From an uncultured Bacteroidota bacterium (lineage in GTDB: Bacteria; Bacteroidota; Ignavibacteria; UBA10030; UBA6906): a stretch of DNA of 64,000 nucleotides. Below, one piece after another: positions 11,210 to 21,687 of this stretch (positions are counted from its first letter, which is position 1; each line of letters starts with the position of its first letter). A program made the translations under genes and the position numbers. The notes under the pieces were generated by a model. That model was given only the letters and a program-made list of their open reading frames with translations. It was not told the DNA's origin and made no database searches. The stretch spans positions 224,001 to 288,000 of the forward strand of contig CAVOYH010000005.1 in the NCBI GenBank assembly GCA_963700635.1, written 5' to 3'.

Positions 11210-12079
11210 ATGGAAATCAACACTGTTCTTGTTATAGGCGCGGGGACCATGGGCAACGGAATCGCCCATGTGTTCGCGCAGTACGGACACAACGTCTTGC
11301 TCCTCGATGTGCAGCAGCAGTTCCTTGAGAGGGGGATGGGGACGATTGCCGGCAATCTGGACCGTCAGGTCAAAAAGGCCGTCCTGACCGAGGAAGAGAG
11401 CCGGAAGACGCTGGCCCGCATTTCACCCACCACCGATCTGAAGACCGCGGCAGGCAAGGCCGATCTTGTTATCGAGGCCGCAACAGAGCATCTTGAGACA
11501 AAGAAGTCCCTCTTTAAAGAACTCGATCGCGCCGCCCGTCCGGGCGTAATTCTCGCCAGTAACACCTCTTCCATTTCCATCACCGTGCTCGGTTCCGCCA
11601 CATCCCGTCCCGACCGGGTGATCGGGATGCACTTCATGAATCCCGTCCCGGTCATGAAGCTCGTCGAGGTTATCCGCGGGCATGCCACATCTGATGACAC
11701 CACGCAGCAGGTGGTTGCCCTGTGCCAGCGGCTTGAGAAAAGTCCGGTTGAAGTGAACGACTATCCGGGCTTTGTGGCCAACCGGATCCTGATGCCGATG
11801 ATCAATGAGGCCATCGCCTGCGTGATGGAGGGTGTGGCCACGCCCGAAGCAATCGATGCGGTAATGAAACTCGGCATGGGCCATCCCATGGGGCCGCTCA
11901 CGCTGGCCGATTTTATAGGGCTTGACGTCTGTCTCGCGATTCTGGAAGTGATGCACGAAGGGTTGGGAGACCCGCGTTACAGGCCTTCGCCGCTCCTGAA
12001 GAAAATGGTTGCGGCGGGGCAGCTCGGAAGAAAAACCGGACAGGGGTTTTATCCCTACGGTGGAAAGAAAACGTCATGA
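11210..12079 (+). CDS. hbd: 3-hydroxybutyryl-CoA dehydrogenase
   Basis: GAGTMG, ASNTSS, GMHFMNP, GFVANR, HPMGP; start placed at ATG after GGGAG. Confidence 0.95.
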   Translation: MEINTVLVIGAGTMGNGIAHVFAQYGHNVLLLDVQQQFLERGMGTIAGNLDRQVKKAVLTEEESRKTLARISPTTDLKTAAGKADLVIEAATEHLETKKSLFKELDRAARPGVILASNTSSISITVLGSATSRPDRVIGMHFMNPVPVMKLVEVIRGHATSDDTTQQVVALCQRLEKSPVEVNDYPGFVANRILMPMINEAIACVMEGVATPEAIDAVMKLGMGHPMGPLTLADFIGLDVCLAILEVMHEGLGDPRYRPSPLLKKMVAAGQLGRKTGQGFYPYGGKKTS

Positions 12080-13221
12080 CCTTTACGTTTAGTGAAACGC
12101 AGTTGATGATACGCGAAACCGCCCGGAAATTTGCCCGGGATCGTCTGGCTCCGGGGTCGATAGAGCGGGATGAACATGCGAAATTCCCGACCGAGGAAAT
12201 CCGCGAGCTGGGGGCCCTCGGCTTTATGGGCATGATGGTGCCGGAAGAGTGGCAGGGGAGCGGGCTGGATACCGTGAGTTATGTCCTTGCAGAAGAGGAG
12301 ATCTCACGGGTGGATGCATCCTGCGGCGTGATTATGTCCGTGAACAACTCCCTGGTCTGCTACGGTATCAACGAATATGGAACTGAATTTCAAAAAACTG
12401 CGTTCCTGAAAGAACTGGCCTCGGGGCGCAAACTGGGGGCTTTCGCGCTTTCGGAACCGGAAGCCGGCAGCGATGCGTCGAACCTGCGCACGACCGCCAG
12501 GAAGGATGGCGACAGGTACCTGCTGAACGGCACAAAAAACTGGACCACAAACGGCTCCACTGCCGACCTGGTGCTGGTAATGGCAGCGACGGATTCGAGC
12601 AAAGGGTCGAAGGGGATCAGCACCTTTGTCGTCGAGAAGGGATCCCCGGGCTTTGAGATTGCAAAGAAAGAGAAGAAACTGGGGATCCGCAGTTCCGATA
12701 CGGTATCAATTTCGTTTACCGACTGCACCGTGCCTGCCGCGAACCGGATCGGGGAAGAAGGGGATGGATTCCGGTTTGCGATGAAGACGCTGGAGGGTGG
12801 TCGTATTGGTATTGCGGCTCAGGCGCTGGGCATTGCACAGGCGTCGCTGGATGCTTCCATCGCATATGCGAAGGAACGGAAGGCTTTCGGACAGCCGATT
12901 GCCCAATTGCAGGCGATTCAATTTAAGATTGCCGACATGGCCACGCAGGTTGAGGCAGCGCGTGCACTCGTGCTCAAAGCCGCCTGGTTAAAAGACCAGA
13001 ACCAATCCTATGGCTCAGCCGCCGCCATGGCAAAACTGTATGCATCAAAAGTGGCGGTACAGGCCGCACTCGAAGCCATCCAGATCCACGGCGGGTACGG
13101 CTACGTTCAGGAGTATCTGGTTGAACGGTATCTGCGGGACGCCAAGGTGACGGAGATTTATGAAGGGACATCAGAGATTCAGCGTATCGTCATTGCCCGT
13201 TCGTTGCTCAGAGATTCTTAA
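12076..13221 (+). CDS. Acyl-CoA dehydrogenase (short-chain type)
   Basis: [29 protein letters not shown]. Confidence 0.96.
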   Translation: MTFTFSETQLMIRETARKFARDRLAPGSIERDEHAKFPTEEIRELGALGFMGMMVPEEWQGSGLDTVSYVLAEEEISRVDASCGVIMSVNNSLVCYGINEYGTEFQKTAFLKELASGRKLGAFALSEPEAGSDASNLRTTARKDGDRYLLNGTKNWTTNGSTADLVLVMAATDSSKGSKGISTFVVEKGSPGFEIAKKEKKLGIRSSDTVSISFTDCTVPAANRIGEEGDGFRFAMKTLEGGRIGIAAQALGIAQASLDASIAYAKERKAFGQPIAQLQAIQFKIADMATQVEAARALVLKAAWLKDQNQSYGSAAAMAKLYASKVAVQAALEAIQIHGGYGYVQEYLVERYLRDAKVTEIYEGTSEIQRIVIARSLLRDS

Positions 13222-13264
13222 ATCCATACTGTCCCATCATCAGTACTACTATTCCGGAGGATGA

Positions 13265-13762
13265 ATGATGAAACGTACATGTTTGTCGTTGGGTCTCATC
13301 GCCCTGCTCGCAGTCTTAATGTCGGACGTCTCGCAGGCACAGGCCCCTAAATGGGTCATCGGCGGCAACATGGGGCTCACCATCGGTTCAGGTCTGGGGT
13401 CAACAAGTGCGGGGTTTTCCTTCGGCCCCATGGCCGAAGTGATATTCAACCGCCAGCTGGCCATAGGAACGGAGTTTAATATCAATACCACGACCGGTAC
13501 GCCTATCGAATGGTCCAATTATTTCAAGTACTATATTGCTTCCGGCAGCACGAAGATCAAGCCATATGTTGACGGTGGCCTGGGGCTGCTGTTTGTCACC
13601 GGCGGGCCGTATTTCGGCATCCGGTTCGGGGGAGGCGCCGGCTTTCTGGTCTCCAAAGGAATGTGGATCGGGCCGGATCTTCAATTGGGACCCGTGTTTG
13701 CCACGGGTGTAACCATCTTCTACATTATGATCCGTGGCGGGTTCCGTTACGAATTGCCGTAA
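13265..13762 (+). CDS. Small outer-membrane beta-barrel protein
   Basis: Signal peptide, alternating amphipathic strands, KPYVDGGLG, C-terminal GFRYEL. Confidence 0.75.
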   Translation: MMKRTCLSLGLIALLAVLMSDVSQAQAPKWVIGGNMGLTIGSGLGSTSAGFSFGPMAEVIFNRQLAIGTEFNINTTTGTPIEWSNYFKYYIASGSTKIKPYVDGGLGLLFVTGGPYFGIRFGGGAGFLVSKGMWIGPDLQLGPVFATGVTIFYIMIRGGFRYELP

Positions 13763-13820
13763 GGTTTTTTCCAAACACCCGCGGGCGCGGGGATACTGTT
13801 CACTTCTGGAGACTTCCACG

Positions 13821-14447
13821 ATGAAACGCGTTCTACTGGTTATTGGTTTGGTGCTGCTTGTTGCTCAGTTCTCTGCCGCGCAGTTCAGTTTTGGTGGCGG
13901 CGGGCACCTGGGCTTATCCATCTCCTCGTTTCCTGAAGGGTTAAAGGACTATTACGGAATGGGATTTGGGGGAGGCGCTCACGCCGATGCAAATGTCCTT
14001 CGTTTTCTCACGGTCCGACTGAATATCGATTATCATACGTTCGGTTTTGACAACAAGAAGTTGGAAGAGCAACTTGCCCAGGCAAACGCCGTAGCTGCCT
14101 CTGAAATTGGTGTAACGGGGTTGCGGGCCAATGTTCTGGGATTCACGATTAACGGCATCGGGAAGATCCCGATGAAGTCGGTGGTCACTCCGTATGGCCT
14201 GGTCGGACTCGGTATTCATATGATCAGCGTTAGTGATCCCAAAGTCTCCTACCAGGGGCAGGATGTGACTGCTCAGGTTGGGCTCTCAAAAGGCGAATCA
14301 GAAACGAAATTTGGCGTGAATTTCGGCGCAGGTACGGAGTTTTCATTCGGAAACGTCAAGGCCTACATCGAATTCAAGTATGTGATCATCTTCACGAAGG
14401 ACAAGAGCACAGCCCATATTCCGATTACCATTGGAGTCGGGATATAG
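13821..14447 (+). CDS. Outer-membrane beta-barrel protein (OmpA-like barrel)
   Basis: Signal peptide from ATG 13821; TPYGLVGLG, FGVNFGAG strands. Confidence 0.8.
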   Translation: MKRVLLVIGLVLLVAQFSAAQFSFGGGGHLGLSISSFPEGLKDYYGMGFGGGAHADANVLRFLTVRLNIDYHTFGFDNKKLEEQLAQANAVAASEIGVTGLRANVLGFTINGIGKIPMKSVVTPYGLVGLGIHMISVSDPKVSYQGQDVTAQVGLSKGESETKFGVNFGAGTEFSFGNVKAYIEFKYVIIFTKDKSTAHIPITIGVGI

Positions 14448-14523
14448 CTTTTAGCCACAAATCCGCCTGCTATATGCGTTTTCCCGGCCGGTTGGGGTGG
14501 AAGTAGCGTGGGAAAAGGTGAGC

Positions 14524-14552
14524 TTGACTGGGAGGGGAAGGTTTCATATATT
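14524..14552 (+). promoter_or_regulatory. sigma70-type promoter
   Basis: TTGACT-17 nt-TATATT, 70 nt before the third barrel gene. Confidence 0.7.
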
Positions 14553-14622
14553 GATCCGTCGTACGAATCCCTTTTGGGGGTACGGAATTTACACTAATCT
14601 CCAACACTTGCGGAGTTTTACT

Positions 14623-15207
14623 ATGAAGAAGTTGGCGCTTGTTGCTACTGTGGTGGCTCTTGCTTTACTCGTTTCTTTTAATGCCCAGGCCCAGGGTAAG
14701 ATGGCTGGCAGCGTTGGCGCAGAAATCCTCATCCCCATGGGCAGCTTCAGCGATGCGGCGAAGCTCGGAATCGGCGGAACGGCCCAGTTCGAGTATATGC
14801 TGAACCCGAACATTGCTCTCACAGGCAAGGCCGGGTATATCACCTGGGGTGCAAAAACCGGAGACGCGACGCTTGGCGGTAGCGATGTCTCTGCATCCTG
14901 GAGCGGCATACCCATCCTGGTTGGCGGAAAGTACTACTTCCAGCCCGAAGGCAAGACCCGTTTCTACGGACAGTTCGAACTCGGCCTCTTCCTCTTCTCC
15001 TTTAGCACGAAGGTCACTATCCCTAACTTCGGTACGCAGGAGTATTCCGGTTCTTCCAGCGAGTTCACGATTGCTCCGGCCGTTGGTGTTGAGATCCCGG
15101 CAGGACCCAAAGGCGCAATTGACGTTTCCGCACGTTTCTGGGGAATCCTCTCATCGGGTGGATCCTCGAACATCGGTGTGCGTGCCGCTTACAAGTTCCT
15201 GTTCTAA
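14623..15207 (+). CDS. Outer-membrane beta-barrel protein
   Basis: MKK signal peptide, IPILVGGKYYF, C-terminal AYKFLF Bam-type signal. Confidence 0.85.
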   Translation: MKKLALVATVVALALLVSFNAQAQGKMAGSVGAEILIPMGSFSDAAKLGIGGTAQFEYMLNPNIALTGKAGYITWGAKTGDATLGGSDVSASWSGIPILVGGKYYFQPEGKTRFYGQFELGLFLFSFSTKVTIPNFGTQEYSGSSSEFTIAPAVGVEIPAGPKGAIDVSARFWGILSSGGSSNIGVRAAYKFLF

Positions 15208-15226
15208 GAGTAGCTGAGTTGTACAG

Positions 15227-15256
15227 AAAGGAAGCCCCCGGGCTTCCTTTTTTTTT
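15227..15256 (+). terminator. Intrinsic terminator
   Basis: AAAGGAAGCC-cccg-GGCTTCCTTT followed by T run. Confidence 0.85.
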
Positions 15257-15263
15257 AGCTCCT

Positions 15264-16346
15264 ATGAAGACTATGCGTACAATACTGATAAGCCTGCTGG
15301 CCCTGCTGGCCGGAGTCTGGTTTTTTCCGGAAGTCCTTCCGAGAGGCCTCTCAGCGTCCGGACTGGCCCCCCGCAGCCCGGAGTCTGCCACCATCGCCCG
15401 GGCGGACAGCATCCCGCAGTCCAACCCGGACTCTGCTATCCTGGTGATGAGGTTTGCGGGAGACTGCCTGCTTGGCGGGCACTATGAAACGGCGGCCCGG
15501 GAAAATGTAGGTCTGGCATTCGAGGGATTCGACCTTTTTCACACCGCCGATATCGCGCTTGTGAATCTGGAGAACCCCGTTACAACCCGCGGCAGGAAGG
15601 TTCCCAAACCATATAATTTCCGCATGCACCCCCGCTTTGTGGCCGCTCTGACCGGTGCAGGGATCGGCGTGGTGACTATCGCCAATAATCACGTGTTTGA
15701 TTATGGCAATGAAGGACTTTTTGATACATTTTTGTATCTTGATTCGGCCGGGATCCGCTACGTCGGAGCCGGACGGAATATGGCCGAAGCCCGCCGTCCG
15801 TACACGCTTCAGAAAAAGGCGCACTCTGTCGCGGTACTTGGATATTATGGCGGAGGCGAAGCCCCCGGGGCCACACTCCGGCGGCCCGGCGTCGCACGCC
15901 GGGACCTGCGGACGATCACCGAGGATGTCCGTGCGTTGGTGGACGCGGATTCAACGACGTACATCATTGTCGTGTTGCACTGGGGCACCGAAAAAGCAGA
16001 GGTCCCGGATCAGGGACAGCGCGCCTTTGCCCGGGCGCTTGTTGATGCAGGCGTGGATGCCGTGATCGGCCATCATCCGCACGTGCTTCAGGGGATCGAA
16101 CGATATCGTCACGGGGTGATTGTCTACTCGCTTGGAAATTTTGTTTTTGGCGGCAACAGCCGTCATACCTATGACACAGGGATTTTTGAGATTGTGCTGC
16201 GCGACCAGCAACCCTCGTACAGGTTTATCCCCATCGGTGTCCGCCAATGGCGGGTACGGGTTCTTGAAGGGGAAGACGGAGAGCGTGTCCTTACGAAGAT
16301 ACGCTCCCTTTCTCAAGTGTTTCCATTATCTTTCTTCACACAATAA
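15264..16346 (+). CDS. CapA family (PGA_cap) metallophosphatase-like protein
   Basis: AGD, VNLE, ANNH, HWGTE, GHHPHVLQ, YSLGNF. Confidence 0.92.
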   Translation: MKTMRTILISLLALLAGVWFFPEVLPRGLSASGLAPRSPESATIARADSIPQSNPDSAILVMRFAGDCLLGGHYETAARENVGLAFEGFDLFHTADIALVNLENPVTTRGRKVPKPYNFRMHPRFVAALTGAGIGVVTIANNHVFDYGNEGLFDTFLYLDSAGIRYVGAGRNMAEARRPYTLQKKAHSVAVLGYYGGGEAPGATLRRPGVARRDLRTITEDVRALVDADSTTYIIVVLHWGTEKAEVPDQGQRAFARALVDAGVDAVIGHHPHVLQGIERYRHGVIVYSLGNFVFGGNSRHTYDTGIFEIVLRDQQPSYRFIPIGVRQWRVRVLEGEDGERVLTKIRSLSQVFPLSFFTQ

Positions 16347-16355
16347 GGAGCTCCA

Positions 16356-16964
16356 ATGAAGTCACGTGGTTGCCTCATAACCGCCGCGGTTCTTATCGTG
16401 ATTGCAGTTGTGGTGTTCGGGATTTTTTCCTGGGGCCTCAACATCTATAATAACCTGGTGACACAGGATGAAGGCGTCCGCTCCGCATGGAGTCAGGTGG
16501 AGACGCAATATCAGCGGCGAATGGACCTGATTCCCAATCTCGTGAGCACGGTGCAGGGCTTTGCGAAACAGGAACTCGCAGTGTTCCAGGGCGTTGCGGA
16601 AGCGCGCGCAAAGGTCGGACAATTGACGGTCACCAAAGAGGTTCTGGAAGATCCTCAGGCGTTTGCCCGGTTCCAGCAGGCACAGGACCAACTTTCATCG
16701 GCGCTCTCCCGATTGCTTGTTGTGTCAGAACAGTATCCGCAGATAAAGTCCAATGAGAACTTCATGGATCTCCAGAAACAACTGGAGGGAACCGAAAACC
16801 GGATCACGGTTGCCCGGACACGGTTTAACGAGACGGTGCAGGTGTACAACACCACCATCCGCCGTTTCCCCGGATCAATTGTCGCCGGCTTTACCGGTTT
16901 CAAAGAGAAGGCATATTTCGCGGCGAAGGCCGGAGCGGAAGACGCACCCAAGGTGCAGTTCTAA
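16356..16964 (+). CDS. lemA: LemA family protein
   Basis: YNNLV, QRRMDLIPNLV, LEGTENRI, FPGSIVA. Confidence 0.96.
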   Translation: MKSRGCLITAAVLIVIAVVVFGIFSWGLNIYNNLVTQDEGVRSAWSQVETQYQRRMDLIPNLVSTVQGFAKQELAVFQGVAEARAKVGQLTVTKEVLEDPQAFARFQQAQDQLSSALSRLLVVSEQYPQIKSNENFMDLQKQLEGTENRITVARTRFNETVQVYNTTIRRFPGSIVAGFTGFKEKAYFAAKAGAEDAPKVQF

Positions 16965-16973
16965 CGAACAATC

Positions 16974-17774
16974 GTGCAGATCATTCTCCATACCAGACCG
17001 GAGCCGGCACTAGGCCGGCTCCCGGGGCGGGTTACGGTTACAACTCTCCTCGCCGCGTTGCTGCTTGCGGCGACGCCGGCACTCTCGCAGAGTGTTGTGA
17101 TACCCCGTCTCACAGAATATGTTACGGATCAGACGGGCACGCTTGCGCCTGAAATACGCCAGGAGCTGAGCGATTCTCTTGCGGCATTCGACAGGCAAAC
17201 GTCCACCCAGATTGTTGTTGTGATCCTCCCTACCATCGGCATCGAAGCGATAGAAGAGGTCAGTCTCAAGATCGTGGAGACCAACAACGTCGGAGGTAAA
17301 GGGAAAGATAACGGCGTGCTGCTGCTCGTCGTGCGGGACGACAAGCTGCTGCGGATCGAGGTGGGATACGGACTCGAAGGGGTCCTGACCGATGCCCTCT
17401 CTGCGCAGATCATCCGCCGTGAAATCGTCCCGCGTTTTCGGAACGGTGACTATGCCGGCGGAATCGTTGCGGGTGTGAGCGCAATCAAACTCGCCACCCG
17501 GAACGAATACACCGCTGACCCCAGGGAGGACGGAAAGAAGGGTTTCCGATTCTCAACGCTTGTCGTGGTATTGATCATCCTCTTCATCGTTTCGCGGATG
17601 AAGTTCCGTTCATCAGGGATCGGTCGAGGCGGATTTCCGCCCGTCCCCCCATTCGGCGGCGGTTGGGGTGGAGGAGGCGGATTTGGCGGGGGCGGATTCG
17701 GGGGCTCCGGCGGCGGCGGGTTCAGCGGCGGTGGTGGTTCGTTCGGCGGCGGCGGCTCCAGCGGGAGCTGGTAG
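16974..17774 (+). CDS. TPM domain protein (YgcG-like)
   Basis: VTDQTG, DNGVLLLV, RIEVGYGLEG, Gly-rich tail ending GGGGSSGSW. Confidence 0.92.
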   Translation: MQIILHTRPEPALGRLPGRVTVTTLLAALLLAATPALSQSVVIPRLTEYVTDQTGTLAPEIRQELSDSLAAFDRQTSTQIVVVILPTIGIEAIEEVSLKIVETNNVGGKGKDNGVLLLVVRDDKLLRIEVGYGLEGVLTDALSAQIIRREIVPRFRNGDYAGGIVAGVSAIKLATRNEYTADPREDGKKGFRFSTLVVVLIILFIVSRMKFRSSGIGRGGFPPVPPFGGGWGGGGGFGGGGFGGSGGGGFSGGGGSFGGGGSSGSW

Positions 17775-17831
17775 GAGCTGCGACATCTGTTTCTTGAGTC
17801 TCTGCACTCATTCTGACACTTCAATACGATC

Positions 17832-20800
17832 ATGACCTTTCCCTCTCTCGACTCAGTTCCGGCGGCGCTCTTCTCTACACGAAAACTCCTCGGATACACT
17901 CCCGCATTTGCTGAACGTTTTTTTCCCGATCCCACCGGGAAACCTCCTTCGCTCACCGTCAACACATTTCTCGGCGATACGAATGTGGGATTCACGCGGG
18001 AAATCAAGCAGCTGAAACCCGACACGACGCTGGAACGGGAAGTGCGGATCTCCACCCCGAAGGGCGACCATACCTTTCGTGTCTCAGCCGGCGTGACCAT
18101 GAGCGACAACGAGCGAAACGTGACGCTCGTCCTTCAGGATGTGCATGCGTACGTAACGACCATCCGTGCGCTGGAGGAGTCTGAGTCCCGCGCACGGGTC
18201 CTCGTGGAGACCCGCGCGGCCGCCATTGCGCTGATCCGCCGGGGCCAGTTTGTCCATGTCAACAGGGGATTTCTTGAACTCTTCGGCTACCTGCTCCGGG
18301 AAGATCTTGTCGGGAAAGATGTTACCTCTGTTGTTGCCGGGCGGGAGAAAAAGAACATTGCCGACCTCCTGCAACGGCCGCTTACGGATGAGAGGCCGCC
18401 GGAGCGTTTTGAATACACCGGGGTGCGGAAGGACGGAACACGTATCTCTGTGCAGGTACTCGAGGAGCTGATCGAGCTGGAGGGGGATCCCACACTCCTC
18501 TGGTATCACGTGGACATCAGCCATCTCCGGAGTGCGCAGCAGGACGTGATCCGCAGGCGGAAGGAAAACGAGATACTCGAGCATATCCTGGAGACACTGC
18601 ACAAAACGGTGGATCGCGGGGAGCTGGTCTCGGGAAGCCTGCACGCTGCGCTTCGCTGGTTCAGTTATGAATCAGGCTGCGTGCTGACCGTCAACGCACC
18701 GCGCACGGAATTTGTGCTGGAGCATCACGAGAATCTAAGTGAGCGGCTGCAGGATGCTCTGCGCGAACAGAATATGACCGAAGGGCTCACCGGATTCCTT
18801 GTGAAAACCATGGAGCCCATCAGATTCCGGATCGATGAGTATCCACCCTACCTCCCGTACAGGGCGCTGTTTGAGTCGGAGGGTGTGCAGAGGATTGTGT
18901 GTTTGCCGCTCGGCGGTGCCGGGGGAGTTGTGGGGATTGTCCTGCTGTTTTCGCACAGGGTGGTGGAGCACGAAGACACACATGCGGAGTTTCTCCCCAC
19001 CGTTGCCCGGCATCTGGGTTTTGCGCTGGACAAGGCCGTACAGCACCAGAGCACAGCGCACAACGCGAAGGCTTTTCAGAGGGCGCTCGAGTCAGTGAGT
19101 GATGTTGTCTACGAAATCACTCCGAACGGCATCTACCGGTACTGCAGTCCCGTGATCGAAAGTCTCACGGGATACAAAGTGCAGGAAGTCACGGCAACCG
19201 CTGACGCCTGGCGCGCGATGGTGCATCCCGATGACCGGTCGCTTCTCTCACAGCGTATCTCGCGACAATCCGGGCAGGAACAGGAGTTCGTGCTTGAATA
19301 CCGGATCCTTCCCAAAGGGAAAGCGGCGTACCGCTGGGTTCGCGACTCGGTTCGGTACCGGCGCGACAGTAATGGCGTTGTTGAAGCAATTCATGGACTC
19401 ATCACCGATGTCACGGCCGCCAGGACGGAAATGCTGGAACTCCGGCGGGCCGAGCAGGTCTTGCGCGGGATCGTGGACGCCATGGGGGATGCGTTGATGA
19501 TGACCGACCTTGAGGGGAAAATCCTCGACGTCAACAATGCCTTTTCCATTCTGACCGGCTACAACCGATCCGAAGCGCTCGGCCAGGTCTTGCCGTATCC
19601 CTGGCTCCATGAAGAGCAGATGGCGACGTTCGTTCAGTGGCTGAATACCCTCCGGGAAACAAAGAAAGTCTCCGACTTTGATATGCGCTGGGTGCGGCGT
19701 GATGGCGCGGACATCGCCATCAGTCTCAGCACGACGTTACTCCGGAGTGAAACGGGCGAGCCGATCGCTATTCTGAATCTCGCGCGCGACATCAACGAGC
19801 GACAGCGGCAGGGGGAGCAGATCCGGCAGTCCAATCGGCAGCTGGCCCTGCTCAATGGAATCAGTCAGGGTCTGACGGGTGCCCTGGATACACAATCGGT
19901 CTTTGAAGTGCTTCACGCACAGATGCTCGAACCGTTATCGTATGATCTGCTCAGCTATCACGAATATGATCCGGTTGCGAAGGTCTTGTTGCCGGTATTT
20001 GATGCCGGTCCGGACGGCGAGACACTCTCCCGGATGTCCCGTGAACCTCTTCCACTGGCAGACTCCCCGAACCTCTCGGGTGTCGTCACGACACGGGAAC
20101 CCTGGCAGGGGGAAGGGGACGATGGTAAACCTTCGATTCTGGTCCCCGTTGTCTCCAAAGATCATATTCTCGGGATCTTGCAGCTCATTCGTGAAGGCCA
20201 GGAACCCTTCGACGAGATGCACTTGCGGATCGTTGCGAGTATCGCTAACTTAGTCGCCATAGCGCTCGAACGCGTGGCGTCTCACGAAGAAACCGTCGCC
20301 AACGCCCGGGAAATCGCTTTCCGCAACGAAGAACTGGACCGGTTTGCGTACGTAGTCTCTCATGACCTGAAAGAACCGTTAATTACGATTAACGGATACA
20401 CCCGGCTTGCGCTGGATGGGGGTGGAGCGCGGATGGGCGAGGAAGTCCGGCAGCATCTGGATTCGGTGATGAGGGCGAGTGTCCGGATGAAGCAGCTGAT
20501 TGATGATCTGCTCACCCTCTCCCGTGTCGGCCGGCAACGGGGACAACCGGCGATTGTTTCCGTGGGACGGAACCTCGCGGAACTCGTGCATGATCTGCAG
20601 TACACGCTGCACGACCGGAATGCAAAAGTGGAATACCCGTCCGAGCTCCCGTCGGTTCGTTATGACCCGACGCATTTGAGCATGGTGTTCAGAAATCTGA
20701 TCGTCAACGGCGTCAAGTACAATCAGAACGAAACCCGGTTCGTGCAGATCAGCGCGCGGAGGGTGGGACAGACGTGGGAGTTTTCAGTTGCTGATAACGG

Positions 20801-20999
20801 TATGGGCATTGAGGCGAGGGATGCTGAGAAGATTTTTATGATCTTCCAGCGCCTTGATCCGGCGGACGGTGCGGGGGGAACGGGTGCCGGGCTGACCATC
20901 GTCAAAAAGATTGTCGAGTCATACGGGGGGGACATCAGGCTGGAGTCGATACCGGGGGAAGGCTCTACATTCACATTCACTATTCCTGACCATGGCTGA
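17832..20999 (+). CDS. Cytoplasmic PAS/GAF sensor histidine kinase
   Basis: Several PAS/PAC and two GAF-like segments; H-box VSHDLKEP; N, G1 (DNGMG), G2 boxes. Confidence 0.93.
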   Translation: MTFPSLDSVPAALFSTRKLLGYTPAFAERFFPDPTGKPPSLTVNTFLGDTNVGFTREIKQLKPDTTLEREVRISTPKGDHTFRVSAGVTMSDNERNVTLVLQDVHAYVTTIRALEESESRARVLVETRAAAIALIRRGQFVHVNRGFLELFGYLLREDLVGKDVTSVVAGREKKNIADLLQRPLTDERPPERFEYTGVRKDGTRISVQVLEELIELEGDPTLLWYHVDISHLRSAQQDVIRRRKENEILEHILETLHKTVDRGELVSGSLHAALRWFSYESGCVLTVNAPRTEFVLEHHENLSERLQDALREQNMTEGLTGFLVKTMEPIRFRIDEYPPYLPYRALFESEGVQRIVCLPLGGAGGVVGIVLLFSHRVVEHEDTHAEFLPTVARHLGFALDKAVQHQSTAHNAKAFQRALESVSDVVYEITPNGIYRYCSPVIESLTGYKVQEVTATADAWRAMVHPDDRSLLSQRISRQSGQEQEFVLEYRILPKGKAAYRWVRDSVRYRRDSNGVVEAIHGLITDVTAARTEMLELRRAEQVLRGIVDAMGDALMMTDLEGKILDVNNAFSILTGYNRSEALGQVLPYPWLHEEQMATFVQWLNTLRETKKVSDFDMRWVRRDGADIAISLSTTLLRSETGEPIAILNLARDINERQRQGEQIRQSNRQLALLNGISQGLTGALDTQSVFEVLHAQMLEPLSYDLLSYHEYDPVAKVLLPVFDAGPDGETLSRMSREPLPLADSPNLSGVVTTREPWQGEGDDGKPSILVPVVSKDHILGILQLIREGQEPFDEMHLRIVASIANLVAIALERVASHEETVANAREIAFRNEELDRFAYVVSHDLKEPLITINGYTRLALDGGGARMGEEVRQHLDSVMRASVRMKQLIDDLLTLSRVGRQRGQPAIVSVGRNLAELVHDLQYTLHDRNAKVEYPSELPSVRYDPTHLSMVFRNLIVNGVKYNQNETRFVQISARRVGQTWEFSVADNGMGIEARDAEKIFMIFQRLDPADGAGGTGAGLTIVKKIVESYGGDIRLESIPGEGSTFTFTIPDHG

Positions 21000-21687
21000 T
21001 TCGGTTTCCGCACACATACTGCTTGTCGAAGACAACCACGACTTTGCAAACCTGGTGGATCTCTTCCTCAAGAAACATCATGCCGGAACATTTGAGGTTA
21101 TCTGGCGTGGGGATGGGGCGAGTGCGATCAAGGAGCTCCAGACCAACCCTGCCATCAATCTTATCCTGATGGATTATTTCCTGCCGGGAAAGAACGGGCT
21201 GGAAGTCACGCAGGAAATCAGGGAGAAAGGGTTTACCGTTCCTGTGGTCTTTCTTACGGTGAACAAAGATTTTGATCTGGCCGTGGAAGTGCTCAAGCTG
21301 GGTGTCGAGGATTATCTTGTCAAAGAAGAGATATCGACGCCCGTCCTTCCGAAAACCATCCTGAATGTGATAGAACGGACAAAGCTCAAAGATCAGCTTA
21401 CGGCGCTGGAGATCACGCAGAAGCGGCTGGAGACCATACAGGAGATCGTTCATCAGGTGACGGGAGAGATGCAGTCGCCCATTGAAGGCATGCGGGAGAA
21501 CATCGAGGCCCTCCTCGGCGATCACGAGGCGGATAACCTCCGCGCGTATCTTGTCATTATCCGGGACAATCTGATCCGGATAGAAAAGAAGATGTCCCGG
21601 TTACGGCATCTCAAAACAGACAAGACCATCCCGTACATCCGGGACATCCGGATGCTCGATTTATCCGAAGAAAACCCGCCGGCATGA
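20992..21687 (+). CDS. Response regulator with C-terminal DHp-like helical domain
   Basis: LLVEDN, LMDYFLPGKNG, DYLVK; start overlaps the kinase stop. Confidence 0.9.
   Translation: MADSVSAHILLVEDNHDFANLVDLFLKKHHAGTFEVIWRGDGASAIKELQTNPAINLILMDYFLPGKNGLEVTQEIREKGFTVPVVFLTVNKDFDLAVEVLKLGVEDYLVKEEISTPVLPKTILNVIERTKLKDQLTALEITQKRLETIQEIVHQVTGEMQSPIEGMRENIEALLGDHEADNLRAYLVIIRDNLIRIEKKMSRLRHLKTDKTIPYIRDIRMLDLSEENPPA

Noticed and set aside
17655-17770. GGC-rich repeat
   Set aside because: Encodes the normal Gly-rich tail of TPM proteins
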